Shown piece by piece: positions 26,752-36,557 of a stretch of 64,000 nt of DNA. The first letter of the stretch is position 1, and every line of letters starts with the position of its first letter. The position numbers and the translations under genes were made by a program. This stretch comes from Gemmatimonadota bacterium (GTDB lineage: Bacteria; Gemmatimonadota; Gemmatimonadetes; Gemmatimonadales; GWC2-71-9), in contig JACOVF010000072.1 in NCBI GenBank assembly GCA_016177465.1, positions 3,083-67,082 of the forward strand, given 5' to 3'. The notes beneath the pieces are model-generated. The model saw nothing but the letters and a program-made list of their open reading frames with translations. It had not been told where the DNA came from and did no database searches.

Positions 26752-28814
26752 TGCCACTCGACCTCGCGACGTCCGTCAAATACCTCAAAGGGGTCGGTCC
26801 CAGGCGCGCCGAAGCGCTCGGCCGCCTCGGCGTGCGGACGGTCGGCGACCTCCTCTATCACGCGCCCCACCGTTACCTCGACGCCACCACCATCACTCCG
26901 CTGGCGCGGGCCCAGATGGGCACAGAAGTGAGTTGCGTCGGGCGGGTCGTCACGACGGGGATCCTCCCCACGCGTCGCGGACTGCGCGTGTTCCGCGCGG
27001 TGCTCAAGGACGACAGCGGGCTGCTCGAGTGCGCCTGGCCCGGCCAGCCGTTCCTCGAGCGGACCATCAAGAAGGGGCAGCTGCTGCTCGTAACCGGCCC
27101 GGTGCGCTATTACCACGGCCGCCAGGTGGTGCCGCGGGAGTTCATCGTCCTGGCGGAAGAGGGCGAAACGGGCCCCGATCGTGGCTTGATCCTCCCGGTG
27201 TATCCCGCCACCGCGGGCCTCTCCCACAAGCAGATCCGCGCCCTGATCAACCAGCACCTCGAGGCGTTGCTCGCCCTCGCCCGGGACCCCCACCCGAAGC
27301 CGCTGCGCGAGCGCGTCGGGATCTCCGAGCTTCGCACCGCCCTCGCCGCCGTCCATCGCCCCGAGACGTTGCCCCAGGCCGAGGCCGGGCGCCGGCGGCT
27401 CGCGTTCGACGAGTTCTTCGATCAGCAGCTGGTGCAGGCGCGGGCGCGGTTCCTGGCGAAGCGAGCCCGGGCCGGGATCCGGTTCGAGCTGAAACGCGAG
27501 CTGACGACCAGGCTCAAGGAGCACCTCCCCTTCGAGCTGACCGCGGACCAGCGCCAGGCGATCCGGGAGATCGCCGACGACATGACGGCGCCGCTGCGGA
27601 TGCACCGCCTGTTGATGGGCGACGTCGGCACGGGGAAGACCGTGGTCGCGTTGTTCGCGATGCTGCTCGCGGTGGAGAACGACTACCAGGCTGCGATCAT
27701 GGCGCCCACCGAGCTCCTGGCCGAGCAGCACTTTGCCACGCTTACCCAGCTGCTCGAGCCGCTCGCCATCCGGCCCGAGCTCCTGATCGGCCGCTTCACG
27801 GCGGCGGAGAAGGCGGCGGCGCGGGAGCGGATGGCCCGCGGAGCCTCGCGCGTGATCGTCGGCACGCACGCGCTCATTCAGGAATCGGTGACGTTCCAAC
27901 GCCTGGGGCTCGCGGTGATCGACGAGCAGCACCGCTTCGGGGTGGAGCAGCGAGCGGCGCTGGTCGAAAAGGGCGATGCCCCCGACGTCCTGCTCCTCAC
28001 GGCCACGCCGATCCCACGCTCCCTTGCGCTGACACTCTACGGCGATCTCGATGTCACGCAGCTGCGCGAGCGCCCGCCAGGGCGGGGGGCGGTGAAGGCC
28101 GCGCTCCGCACCGACGAAGCGCGGGCGCGAATCTACGAGTTCATCCGCAGCGAGTGCGCCGCCGGGCGGCAGGCGTACGTCATCTATCCCGTGATCGACG
28201 AGTCGGAGAAGGCCGACCTCAAGGCCGCCACCACGATGGCGGACAAGCTTACGAAGGTCTTCCGGGAGTTCACGGTGGGGCTGGTACACGGCCGCCTGAG
28301 GGCGGAGGAGCGGGACGACACGATGCGCGCCTTCCGCGACAACCAGGTGCACGTCCTGGTTGCGACGAGTGTCATCGAAGTCGGGATCGACGTCGCCAAC
28401 GCGACGGTGATGCTGATCGAGCACGCGGAGCGCTTCGGGCTCGCGCAGCTGCACCAACTGCGCGGCCGGGTGGGCCGCGGCAGCGCGCCGAGCCACTGCA
28501 TTCTGCTGAGCGACGTCCCGGAAGCGGCCACCCGGCTCGAGGCGTTCACGAAGACCACCGACGGTTTCCGAATCGCGGAGCTGGACCTGCAGGAGCGTGG
28601 CATGGGCGAGCTGGCCGGCGCGCGACAGTCGGGCGGGATGGCGCTTCGTTACGCCGACTTCGGCAGGGATCTTGACTTGCTGGAAGCCTCGCGGCGCGCC
28701 GCGGCGGGGATCATCGAGCGGGATCCGGCGCTGACCCGGCCGGAGCACGCGGTCTACCGGGAGCGGATCCTGCAGCGATATGAACGCGGGTTTGAGCTGT
28801 TCAGGGTCGGGTGA
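26751..28814 (+). CDS. recG: ATP-dependent DNA helicase RecG
   Basis: In-frame part of track ORF 26544..28814, start MPLDLATSVKYLKGVGPRRAEAL; helicase motifs GDVGTGKT, DEQHRFG, TATPIPR, QLRGRVGRG. Confidence 0.92.
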   Translation: MPLDLATSVKYLKGVGPRRAEALGRLGVRTVGDLLYHAPHRYLDATTITPLARAQMGTEVSCVGRVVTTGILPTRRGLRVFRAVLKDDSGLLECAWPGQPFLERTIKKGQLLLVTGPVRYYHGRQVVPREFIVLAEEGETGPDRGLILPVYPATAGLSHKQIRALINQHLEALLALARDPHPKPLRERVGISELRTALAAVHRPETLPQAEAGRRRLAFDEFFDQQLVQARARFLAKRARAGIRFELKRELTTRLKEHLPFELTADQRQAIREIADDMTAPLRMHRLLMGDVGTGKTVVALFAMLLAVENDYQAAIMAPTELLAEQHFATLTQLLEPLAIRPELLIGRFTAAEKAAARERMARGASRVIVGTHALIQESVTFQRLGLAVIDEQHRFGVEQRAALVEKGDAPDVLLLTATPIPRSLALTLYGDLDVTQLRERPPGRGAVKAALRTDEARARIYEFIRSECAAGRQAYVIYPVIDESEKADLKAATTMADKLTKVFREFTVGLVHGRLRAEERDDTMRAFRDNQVHVLVATSVIEVGIDVANATVMLIEHAERFGLAQLHQLRGRVGRGSAPSHCILLSDVPEAATRLEAFTKTTDGFRIAELDLQERGMGELAGARQSGGMALRYADFGRDLDLLEASRRAAAGIIERDPALTRPEHAVYRERILQRYERGFELFRVG

Positions 28815-28824
28815 AATGATAATG

Positions 28825-28919
28825 GGAATGTGGAGTGCGGAATGCGGAATTGATGTGTCAGGTCGCTCGGTATTCGACCGTCCATTGACATTCCGCAATC
28901 GCATTCCGCACTCCGCATT
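28825..28919. repeat. heptamer-periodic inverted repeat element E2 (GGAATGC units) in the convergent gap after recG
   Basis: AATGTGGAGTGCGGAATGCGG (28827-28847) pairs with (T)CGCATTCCGCACTCCGCATT (28899-28919): 19 Watson-Crick pairs, one G-U and one T-G mismatch over 21 positions; the right arm overlaps the stop codon of the minus-strand gene; shares CGGAATTGA (28845-28853) with E1. Confidence 0.85.
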
Positions 28920-29421
28920 AGAAGGTGAACCGAAGCCCCACGCGCGCTCCGTCCCCTGCCGGGCTTGCCGTCACCTCCAAGGGTGCAAATGGAATGTTCT
29001 CCGGCCCGTTCTTCTCGTGGCGCAGGTCGGCGATGAACATCGCGGCGGTGGCGAGCAGGGAAAGCTGGCCGCCCAGGAGGCGGCGGTTGGCGCGGCGGTC
29101 GTAATACAGCGCGAGCTGGTAGTGATACTCCGCGGTCGCGTTGACGTAGCGACCGTCGGAGCCGGTCATGCAATCGGCGCTGTTGGCCTGGCAGATGGCG
29201 AGTAGCCGGTCCCACGCGCGGGCGGAGCGGCGGTGCTCGTTCGCGCCGAGCACGGTCAGGCCGACAGTGGCCCCGGCCGTCACCCATTTCCCGTAGTGAA
29301 TCACGCCACGCGTCCACGACGCGCGGTCGCGGGGGACGCCCGGCCCTTGGGCCGAGGCCATCGTGGCTCCACCCGTTAGAGTGGGGCCAATGGCGAGCAA
29401 AACCCACCACGGGCGTTTCAT
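28918..29421 (-). CDS. secreted hypothetical protein (ends ...VGLRFTF)
   Basis: 3' part of track ORF 28918..29760; start MKRPWWVLLAIGPTLTGGATMASAQ (signal peptide); aromatic C-terminus as in outer-membrane proteins; ATGA-type overlap with the upstream gene. Confidence 0.6.
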   Translation of the reverse strand: MKRPWWVLLAIGPTLTGGATMASAQGPGVPRDRASWTRGVIHYGKWVTAGATVGLTVLGANEHRRSARAWDRLLAICQANSADCMTGSDGRYVNATAEYHYQLALYYDRRANRRLLGGQLSLLATAAMFIADLRHEKNGPENIPFAPLEVTASPAGDGARVGLRFTF

Positions 29422-30554
29422 CGATAGGTATGAATATCGCCGCGGCCCGCGATCACGAACAGCTGTCGGTCGCGTACCAGTGGCGGCTGCTCGATCGGGC
29501 CGTCGAGGTGGGCGCGCCACACAACGGCGCCGCTCGCGTGGTCCACGAGCAGCACCTGGCCGTTCACCCCCGCCGCCAGGACCCCCGTCGCGATCGGGGT
29601 CGGCCCCGCCGTCGTCACGAGGTCGAGCGGGAGCGACCGGGCCGCGTCGGGGTCGGCGGTCGGGATGATCCACAGGGTGCCGTTGCGCGCCAGGGCGTAC
29701 AGCGTGTCGCCCGCGAGGGCGGGGGAGCCGTACACGGCGTCGCCAGCCGCGCGGTCCCAACGCACGGCGAGGGACGGCAGCTCTACCTCGAGCAGGCGCC
29801 CGGCGGTGGTGCCGAAGAAGAGGCGTCGGCCATCGAGGGCTGGACCGCCGAGAACCGCCCCCGGGGTGGGCAGCCGCCCGCGGATCTGGCCGGTGGCCTT
29901 GTCGAGCAGGTACAGTGTGTCGTTCGTGGTGGCGACCGCGATCCCTTCCGACGTGACCACCGGGGCGGCGCGCACCGCGCCCGAGACCTGACGCCGCCAG
30001 GCCACCGTGCCCCGTTCGGCCTCAAGCCGCAGCACGAGTCCCTCCTCGGTCCCGACGAACAGCGCGTCGCCGTCGAATCCGAGCGGCGCCTCGACGCTAC
30101 CGGTCGTCGTCTTCCAAAGGATGCGGCCGTCCTTGAGCCGCAGGGCATAGACCCGGCCCTCGGGGTTCGTCTCCGTGCCGAAGTACAGCCGGTCGCCGTC
30201 GAGTAGGGGGCCGCTGTGGATCGTGCCGTGGACGCGGGAGCGCCAGATCACCTCGCCCGTGTTCCGGTCGAGCAGCACGATGTACCGCTCGGCGATGCCC
30301 ACGGCGACCACCGTCTCGCCGAGCGCGGGGCTACCGCGGATGGCGCGGCCCACATCGGTATGCCACAAGGGCCGCGGGTCGGGGTTGAGCGTCTCGGCGG
30401 CGGAGACGTCGTGGCGCGGCGTGCCGAGGTAGGCAGGCCACGCCAGCTCCTGGCGCGCTGGCCCGAATCGCAGCGGGACGGTGCCGGTGCAGGCGATCGC
30501 GTTGACAGCCCACAGGGCCGCCACTATGATGCCGCGCCTATGCCGGATTCTCAT
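29418..30554 (-). CDS. PQQ-like beta-propeller lipoprotein (BamB-like)
   Basis: 3' part of track ORF 29418..31862; start MRIRHRRGIIVAALWAVNAIAC (lipobox-like); repeated blades (GEVIWR, GRILWK, GTVAWRR, GAVVWRA). Confidence 0.75.
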   Translation of the reverse strand: MRIRHRRGIIVAALWAVNAIACTGTVPLRFGPARQELAWPAYLGTPRHDVSAAETLNPDPRPLWHTDVGRAIRGSPALGETVVAVGIAERYIVLLDRNTGEVIWRSRVHGTIHSGPLLDGDRLYFGTETNPEGRVYALRLKDGRILWKTTTGSVEAPLGFDGDALFVGTEEGLVLRLEAERGTVAWRRQVSGAVRAAPVVTSEGIAVATTNDTLYLLDKATGQIRGRLPTPGAVLGGPALDGRRLFFGTTAGRLLEVELPSLAVRWDRAAGDAVYGSPALAGDTLYALARNGTLWIIPTADPDAARSLPLDLVTTAGPTPIATGVLAAGVNGQVLLVDHASGAVVWRAHLDGPIEQPPLVRDRQLFVIAGRGDIHTYR

Positions 30555-31838
30555 CGTATCGAAGCGCTGCCGAAGCTCGTGGGCCAGACCGTGGCCGTCC
30601 GCGGCTGGGTGATGACCACCCGGTCGAGCGGGAAGATCGCGTTCGTGGTCCTGCGGGACGGAACAGGTTACTTGCAAGCGGTCGTCTCCAAGAAGGACGT
30701 TCCGGACGCGGCCTGGGAGGCGTTTGGGAGGCTCACCCAGGAGACCTCGATCGAAGTCCGTGGCGCGCTCCGCGCCGACGCGCGCGCGCCGGGTGGCGTG
30801 GAACTGCAGGCCAGCGACCTCGGGATCCTTGGGGCCTCGGCGGATTTCCCCATCACGCCCAAGGAGCACGGCACCGCGTTTCTCTTCGAACACCGCCACC
30901 TCTGGCTCCGCAGCCGCCGCCAGGTGGCGATCGCCCGCGTGCGCCACGAGGTGATCCAGGCGATTCGCGACTTCTTCCACGAGCGCGGCTTCGTGCTCGT
31001 CGACACTCCGATCCTCACCGGCTCGATCGGCGAGCACGCGGGCACGCTCTTCGCCACCGACTACTTCGACCTCGGCAAGGCGTATCTCGCCCAGACCGGA
31101 CAGCTGTACGTCGAGGCGGCCGCGGCGGCGCTCGGCAAGGTCTATTGCTTCGGGCCCACGTTCCGCGCCGAGAAGTCGAAGACCCGGCGGCACCTCACCG
31201 AATTCTGGATGGTGGAGCCCGAGGTCGCCTGGAACGACTCCAACGACAATATGAAGCTCCAGGAAGATTTCGTCTCCTACATCATCGCCCGCTGCCTGGA
31301 GCGCCGGAAGACCGAGCTGGCGGAGCTGGAGCGGGACACCGCGCCCCTCGAGCGTGTCGCTCCGCCGTTCCCCAGAGTGTCGTACACCGAGGCGGTGGAA
31401 AAGCTCAAGGCGTTGGGTAGTGAGATGGAATGGGGGCGGGACCTGGGGGGGGACGAGGAGACGCTGCTCGCCAAGCAGTTCGACCGCCCGGTGATGGTCT
31501 ACGACTACCCCCGGGCCGTCAAAGCCTTCTATATGAAGGCCAACCCGGCCGACCCCCGCACGGTGCTGAACAACGACTGCCTGGCGCCGGAAGGGTACGG
31601 GGAGATCATCGGGGGGAGCCAGCGCGAGGACGACTACGACAAGCTGCTGGCGCGGATCCGCGCCGAAGGGCTCCCCGAAGAGGCCTACGGCTGGTACCTG
31701 GACCTGCGCAAGTACGGCACGTTCGTGCACTCGGGCTTCGGCCTCGGAGTCGAGCGGACAGTCGCCTGGATCTGCGGCATCCCCCATATCCGCGAGGCGA
31801 TCGCATTTCCGCGGACCTTGTATAAGCTGTGGCCATGA
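30540..31838 (+). CDS. asnS: asparagine--tRNA ligase
   Basis: In-frame part of track ORF 30216..31838, start MPDSHRIEALPKLVGQTVAVRGWV; class II motifs FRAEKSKTRRHLTEFWMVE and GFGLGVERT. Confidence 0.9.
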   Translation: MPDSHRIEALPKLVGQTVAVRGWVMTTRSSGKIAFVVLRDGTGYLQAVVSKKDVPDAAWEAFGRLTQETSIEVRGALRADARAPGGVELQASDLGILGASADFPITPKEHGTAFLFEHRHLWLRSRRQVAIARVRHEVIQAIRDFFHERGFVLVDTPILTGSIGEHAGTLFATDYFDLGKAYLAQTGQLYVEAAAAALGKVYCFGPTFRAEKSKTRRHLTEFWMVEPEVAWNDSNDNMKLQEDFVSYIIARCLERRKTELAELERDTAPLERVAPPFPRVSYTEAVEKLKALGSEMEWGRDLGGDEETLLAKQFDRPVMVYDYPRAVKAFYMKANPADPRTVLNNDCLAPEGYGEIIGGSQREDDYDKLLARIRAEGLPEEAYGWYLDLRKYGTFVHSGFGLGVERTVAWICGIPHIREAIAFPRTLYKLWP

Positions 31839-31874
31839 GCGTCGGACAGTCGGACGACCCAACGGACTGTTTCT

Positions 31875-32651
31875 TCAGGGTGAGTTCCGTCCGACCGTCC
31901 GCCCGACCCGTTTCACCTCATCCCACAGCTTGTCCAGCTCCTCCAACGTCGCCCGCCCCAGCTCCAGCCCCCGCTCGGCCGCGACCCGCTCTACCTCTCC
32001 GAACCGCCGCACGAACTTGTCGTTCGCCTGCTCCAGTGCCTGACTTGGCTCCACGCCGAGCTTCCGCGCGAGGTTCACCACGGCGAACAACAGGTCCCCG
32101 ACTTCCTCCGCAACCTTTTCGGCATTCCCCTTTCCCCATTCCCCTTCGAGCTCCGCCGTCTCCTCTTTTACTTTGTCGAGCGGCCCCTTCGCATCCGGCC
32201 AGTCGAACCCCACCCCCGCCGCCCGCTCCTGCAACCGATACGCCATCAGCAGCGCCGGCAGGGTGGGGGGTAATCCGGACAGCGTCTTACCCATCCTCCT
32301 TCCCGTTTCCCCCTTCCCGAGCTCCCAGGACTCCGGCCGGTCTCCGAGACCGAAGAGGTGTGGGTGCCTTCGCCACATCTTTTCCTCGAGTGCGCGCGTC
32401 ACCGCCTCGGCGTCGAATTGGTTGCGCTCTTCGCCGATCACGATCTGGAACGCGACGTTGAGGAGCAGGTCACCCAGCTCGTCGCGGATCTTGATCGGGT
32501 CATCGTGGCGGATCGCCTGGTCGAGCTCGTGGGCTTCCTCGACGAGGTAGGGGCGGAGTGTCTGGGGGGTCTGCCCGCGGTCCCAGGGACAGCGGTGCCG
32601 CAGGTCGCGGACGAGCCCGAGGGCGCGTCCAAGCGCTGAATCGCCTTGCAT
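31875..32651 (-). CDS. mazG: nucleoside triphosphate pyrophosphohydrolase MazG
   Basis: 258 aa; LVEEAHELDQAI and AEEVGDLLFAVVNLAR MazG motifs; carries two G-rich heptamer runs on its coding strand. Confidence 0.88.
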   Translation of the reverse strand: MQGDSALGRALGLVRDLRHRCPWDRGQTPQTLRPYLVEEAHELDQAIRHDDPIKIRDELGDLLLNVAFQIVIGEERNQFDAEAVTRALEEKMWRRHPHLFGLGDRPESWELGKGETGRRMGKTLSGLPPTLPALLMAYRLQERAAGVGFDWPDAKGPLDKVKEETAELEGEWGKGNAEKVAEEVGDLLFAVVNLARKLGVEPSQALEQANDKFVRRFGEVERVAAERGLELGRATLEELDKLWDEVKRVGRTVGRNSP

Positions 32652-32696
32652 TTAGCCTCCGGGCGGGGTATCATACCCGCGCCTGTGAACCTGTCA

Positions 32697-33761
32697 ATGA
32701 GCGGGCGCGACAGCCGCGCTTGGGTCGAGGTGGACCTCGCCGCCGTCATCGAAAACGCCCGCACCGTGGCACAGGCTGCGGGTACCCGGCTCCTGCCTGT
32801 CGTCAAGGCGAATGCCTACGGGGTGGGAGCCGTCGCCGTGTCCAGGGCCCTCGAGACGGTCGATCCGTGGGGCTACGGCGTCGCGACTGTCGATGAAGGC
32901 GCCGAGCTGCGCGCGGCGGGGATCACCCGGCCGGTGCTGGTGCTCACGCCGGGCCGGCCCGAGTGGTTCGACGGCTATCGCGCCCACCGGCTGACCCCGT
33001 CGTTCGAGGACGCTGCGGTCATCCGCGCCTGGAGGGCGAGCGGCGGCGGATTCTTCCACGTCGAGATCGACACGGGAATGTCGCGCTCCGGCGTGCGCTG
33101 GGATGCGGTTGAGAGCCTGCGCGATGTGCTCGACACGCCCGACTTCGAAGCGGCGTTCACTCAGTTCCACTCCGCCGACCGCGCCGACGACTCCGCGGAG
33201 CGGCAGCGCGAGCGGTTCCTCGAGAGCGTCGGGCGCCTACCGCGGCGGCCGGCGCTGCTCCACGCGGCGAACAGCGCCGCTTCGCTGCGGGATCGGCAGT
33301 TCGCCTTCGACATGGTGCGGCCGGGGATCTACCTGTATTGCGGCTCGACCGTCGGCCAGCCGCAGGGGCGGCAGGTCGTGAGCCTGCGGTCCCGGGTCGT
33401 GAGCGTGCGGCCGCTGCGTCGCGGCGAAACGGTGAGCTACGGCGCGAGCTGGATGGCGCCACAGGACACGACCGTTGCGACGCTCGGCATCGGGTATGCG
33501 GACGGAGTGCGCCGCTGCCTCGGCGGCCGGGCCCACGTTCTCTTGCGCGGGCGCGTCTGCCCGATCGTCGGCGTCGTGACGATGGACCTCACTATGGTGG
33601 ACGCGGGCGATCGTCCGGTGGCGGTGGGCGACGTGGCCACGCTCATCGGGGAAGACGGCGGGCGACGGATCACGGTCCAAGATGTCGCCGGTTGGGCGAA
33701 GACGATCACCTACGAGGTGTTGACGGGGCTCGGCCCTCGGCTGCCGCGGATCTACGGATGA
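32697..33761 (+). CDS. alr: alanine racemase
   Basis: ATG 32697 within track ORF 32646..33761 (TTG); AWVEVDL start and PLP-lysine motif VVKANAYGVGA. Confidence 0.88.
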   Translation: MSGRDSRAWVEVDLAAVIENARTVAQAAGTRLLPVVKANAYGVGAVAVSRALETVDPWGYGVATVDEGAELRAAGITRPVLVLTPGRPEWFDGYRAHRLTPSFEDAAVIRAWRASGGGFFHVEIDTGMSRSGVRWDAVESLRDVLDTPDFEAAFTQFHSADRADDSAERQRERFLESVGRLPRRPALLHAANSAASLRDRQFAFDMVRPGIYLYCGSTVGQPQGRQVVSLRSRVVSVRPLRRGETVSYGASWMAPQDTTVATLGIGYADGVRRCLGGRAHVLLRGRVCPIVGVVTMDLTMVDAGDRPVAVGDVATLIGEDGGRRITVQDVAGWAKTITYEVLTGLGPRLPRIYG

Positions 33762-34921
33762 AGCGCGCAGCGATCATCGTGCTGGATGGGCTGGGGATCG
33801 GCGAAGCGCCGGACACGGCGGCCTACGGCGATGCGGGGAGCGACACGCTGGGCAACGCGCTCCGGGCCGCGGGTGGGCTGCCGCTGCCGCAGCTCGAGCG
33901 GCTCGGGCTCGGCTGCTGCCGCCCCCTGACCGGCATCGCCTGCCCGGCGAAACCGGTCGCTGCGCATGGCGTCGCGTTACCCGCGTCGCAGGGGAAGGAC
34001 AGCACCACCGGCCACTGGGAGATCTGCGGCATCCTGCTCGAGCGGCCGTTCCGCACGTATCCGGACGGCTTCCCCGAGGACCTGCTCGCGGAATTCTCCC
34101 GGCGGACCGGCCACGGCATCCTCGGCAACAAGGCCGCTTCGGGGACGGCGATCATCGCCGAGCTGGGGAAGGTGCACCAGGGCACGGGGCAGTGGATCGT
34201 GTACACCTCGGCGGACTCCGTCTTCCAGGTGGCGGCGCACGAGGACACAATTGCGCTGGACGAGCTGTACGCGGCGTGCCGGATCGCCCGGGAGATGCTC
34301 GTGCGGGAGCACGCGGTGAGCCGGGTGATCGCGCGGCCGTTCACCGGCCGGCCGGGGGACTATCGCCGAACGCCGAATCGGAAGGATTTCTCGATCGCGC
34401 CGGTGGGAACGACGCTGCTCGACTGCTTGGCCACGGCGGGCGTTCCCCGCGTCGGCATCGGGAAGGTGGACGACCTGTTCGCCGGCCGGAACATCGCCAG
34501 CGAGCACACCCCGACCAACAGGGACGCATACCGGCTGATCGAGCGGGCGCTGGACGAGGTGGCGACGGGCTTCATCTTCGTCAACGTGATCGAGTTCGAC
34601 CAGACGTGGGGGCACCGGAACGATGTGGTGGGGTTTCAAGAGGGGTTGCAAGAGCTCGATGCTTGGCTGCCCCGGCTGCTCGGTCGGCTGCGGGCGAACG
34701 ACCTCGTGATCCTGACGGCGGACCACGGCAACGACCCAACCACGCCGTCCACGGACCATTCGCGCGAGGCGGTGCCGGTGCTCGTGGTCGGTCCGCGCGT
34801 CGCGGCGCAGCCGCTCGGGGTGCGCCGCACGTTCGCCGACATGGGGGCGACGGTGGCCGAGTACTTCGGCGTGCCGCCGCTTGCAGCGGGCACGTCCTTC
34901 TTGCGGGAGATCTGGGTGTGA
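33758..34921 (+). CDS. deoB: phosphopentomutase
   Basis: In-frame part of track ORF 33338..34921; MKRAAIIVLDGLGIGEAPD start, ADHGNDPT motif; ATGA overlap with alr. Confidence 0.88.
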   Translation: MKRAAIIVLDGLGIGEAPDTAAYGDAGSDTLGNALRAAGGLPLPQLERLGLGCCRPLTGIACPAKPVAAHGVALPASQGKDSTTGHWEICGILLERPFRTYPDGFPEDLLAEFSRRTGHGILGNKAASGTAIIAELGKVHQGTGQWIVYTSADSVFQVAAHEDTIALDELYAACRIAREMLVREHAVSRVIARPFTGRPGDYRRTPNRKDFSIAPVGTTLLDCLATAGVPRVGIGKVDDLFAGRNIASEHTPTNRDAYRLIERALDEVATGFIFVNVIEFDQTWGHRNDVVGFQEGLQELDAWLPRLLGRLRANDLVILTADHGNDPTTPSTDHSREAVPVLVVGPRVAAQPLGVRRTFADMGATVAEYFGVPPLAAGTSFLREIWV

Positions 34922-35307
34922 GCGCGGAGTTGATCCAGCGGGCGCGTGAGGCGATGGCGAACGCCTACGCCCCCTACAGCAAGTTCCACGTCGGCGCGGC
35001 TATCGAGGCCGAGGACGGGCGGATTTTCGTGGGGTGCAATGTGGAGAATGCGTCGTACGGTCTCACGATCTGCGCCGAGCGGATGGCCGTGGGCGCGGCG
35101 GTGGTCGCGGGGGCGCGCAAGTTCCGGCGCCTCGCGGTGACGACGGCGGTCGAGCCGCCGGCGTCGCCGTGCGGGGCATGCCGCCAGCTCCTGATGGAGT
35201 TCGGGCCCGACATGGAGATCCTCGGGGTCGGCCCCCGGAGCGAGCGGCGCTGGACGCTGCGCCAGCTCCTCCCCGACGCGTTCAACCGGGAGTCGCTCAA
35301 ACAGTGA
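34918..35307 (+). CDS. cdd: cytidine deaminase
   Basis: GTG 34918 (GTGA overlap with deoB); YSKFHVGAA, CAERMAV and PCGACRQ zinc-ligand motifs. Confidence 0.85.
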   Translation: MSAELIQRAREAMANAYAPYSKFHVGAAIEAEDGRIFVGCNVENASYGLTICAERMAVGAAVVAGARKFRRLAVTTAVEPPASPCGACRQLLMEFGPDMEILGVGPRSERRWTLRQLLPDAFNRESLKQ

Positions 35308-36557
35308 ACCGCTCCCGACTGCTCCTCGGTGCGCTCGTGTTCGCCGGATCCTGCACTGAGAACGTCACGGCGCCGGGGCAGTACCCCGAGTGCTGCCCGG
35401 GCGGGCAGATCACGGTCATCGACACGGTGCTCCAGACGGTGATCGGCCGCGACTCCGCGTACCGCGGGTTCGTGCTGCCACGAGAAGCCGCGGCGATGCT
35501 CGCCGCCGACCTTCCCGGCATCGTCGACAGCCGGCCGATCTTCCGCACCGTGGCCCTGCCGACCCGGGTCCGCGTGGGCGGGGGTGCCGACACCACGACC
35601 GGCGCCATCCTGAGCCACGATTCCGCCCAGCTCAGGATCCTCATCACCCGTCGGGACACGGCGGCGCACAACCTGACCCTGCGGCTCTACCGGCTGCCGC
35701 TGGCGATCGACTCGAGCACCACGTTCGCGGCGCTCGCCACGCCGTTCACGGATTCGCTGCTGCGCACGGTAAACATCGACAGCTTGATCGCGAAGAAGCA
35801 GGACCCGGTCACCGGGGACAGCGCCCGGGTGGACAGCGCTGCGGGCCGCCTCGAGGTCGTGATTCGCCTCGACACCGCCCAGGCCCGGTTCGTCACGGCC
35901 GACTCGGGCAAGGTCGCCTACGGTCTGCGCGTCTCCGCCGACAGCCTGGCCAGCATCGCCATCGGCGCCAACGAAGGCGGGGGCGACCCGTTGCTCACCT
36001 GGTTCGTCACTGTCGACTCCGCCGGGGTGAAATCGACACCGGACACGATCGTGCGCGGCGTGACCTTCGACAGCTTCGTCTTCGATCCGCCGCCCGCGGC
36101 GCTCGATTCGACCCTCGCCGTAGGCGGCGTCCCCTCGGCCCGTAGCCTGCTCCGGATGACCATCCCGGACGGCATCCGCGATTCCACGCAGATCGTCCGC
36201 GCCACGCTCGTGCTGGTGCCCGCCTCGCCGGCTCAAGGCGTGCCGGCCGACTCGTTCTTCGTCGTGGCGCACGGCGTGGACGCGGATTTTGGCGGCAAGT
36301 CGCCGCTCGCCGCCGACTCGACGCGCCGCGGCAGTGTCCAAGTGAAGATCGGCCAGACTGACACGGTGCGCATCGACCTGACCCGCCTCCTGCGCGTCTG
36401 GTCGGTCGATACGACTGCCATTACAGCCGTGATGCTCCGCATGGTGCCCGAGGGGAGTACCCTCGCCGAGATCCGATTCCAGCCGTCGGACAACGCCGCC
36501 TACCGGCCGGCGCTGCACCTGACGTACGTCCCCCGCTTCCCGTTCGGGATCCCATGA
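35304..36557 (+). CDS. hypothetical lipoprotein
   Basis: GTG 35304 (GTGA overlap with cdd) within track ORF 35034..36557; LLLGALVFAGSC lipobox; no recognisable domain. Confidence 0.6.
   Translation: MNRSRLLLGALVFAGSCTENVTAPGQYPECCPGGQITVIDTVLQTVIGRDSAYRGFVLPREAAAMLAADLPGIVDSRPIFRTVALPTRVRVGGGADTTTGAILSHDSAQLRILITRRDTAAHNLTLRLYRLPLAIDSSTTFAALATPFTDSLLRTVNIDSLIAKKQDPVTGDSARVDSAAGRLEVVIRLDTAQARFVTADSGKVAYGLRVSADSLASIAIGANEGGGDPLLTWFVTVDSAGVKSTPDTIVRGVTFDSFVFDPPPAALDSTLAVGGVPSARSLLRMTIPDGIRDSTQIVRATLVLVPASPAQGVPADSFFVVAHGVDADFGGKSPLAADSTRRGSVQVKIGQTDTVRIDLTRLLRVWSVDTTAITAVMLRMVPEGSTLAEIRFQPSDNAAYRPALHLTYVPRFPFGIP

Noticed and set aside
12028-28919. The heptamer repeat elements as a CRISPR array or CRISPR remnants.
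   Set aside because: The units are 7 nt and directly abutting, with no 25-40-nt repeats, spacers or cas genes. The architecture is inverted arms, not direct repeats.
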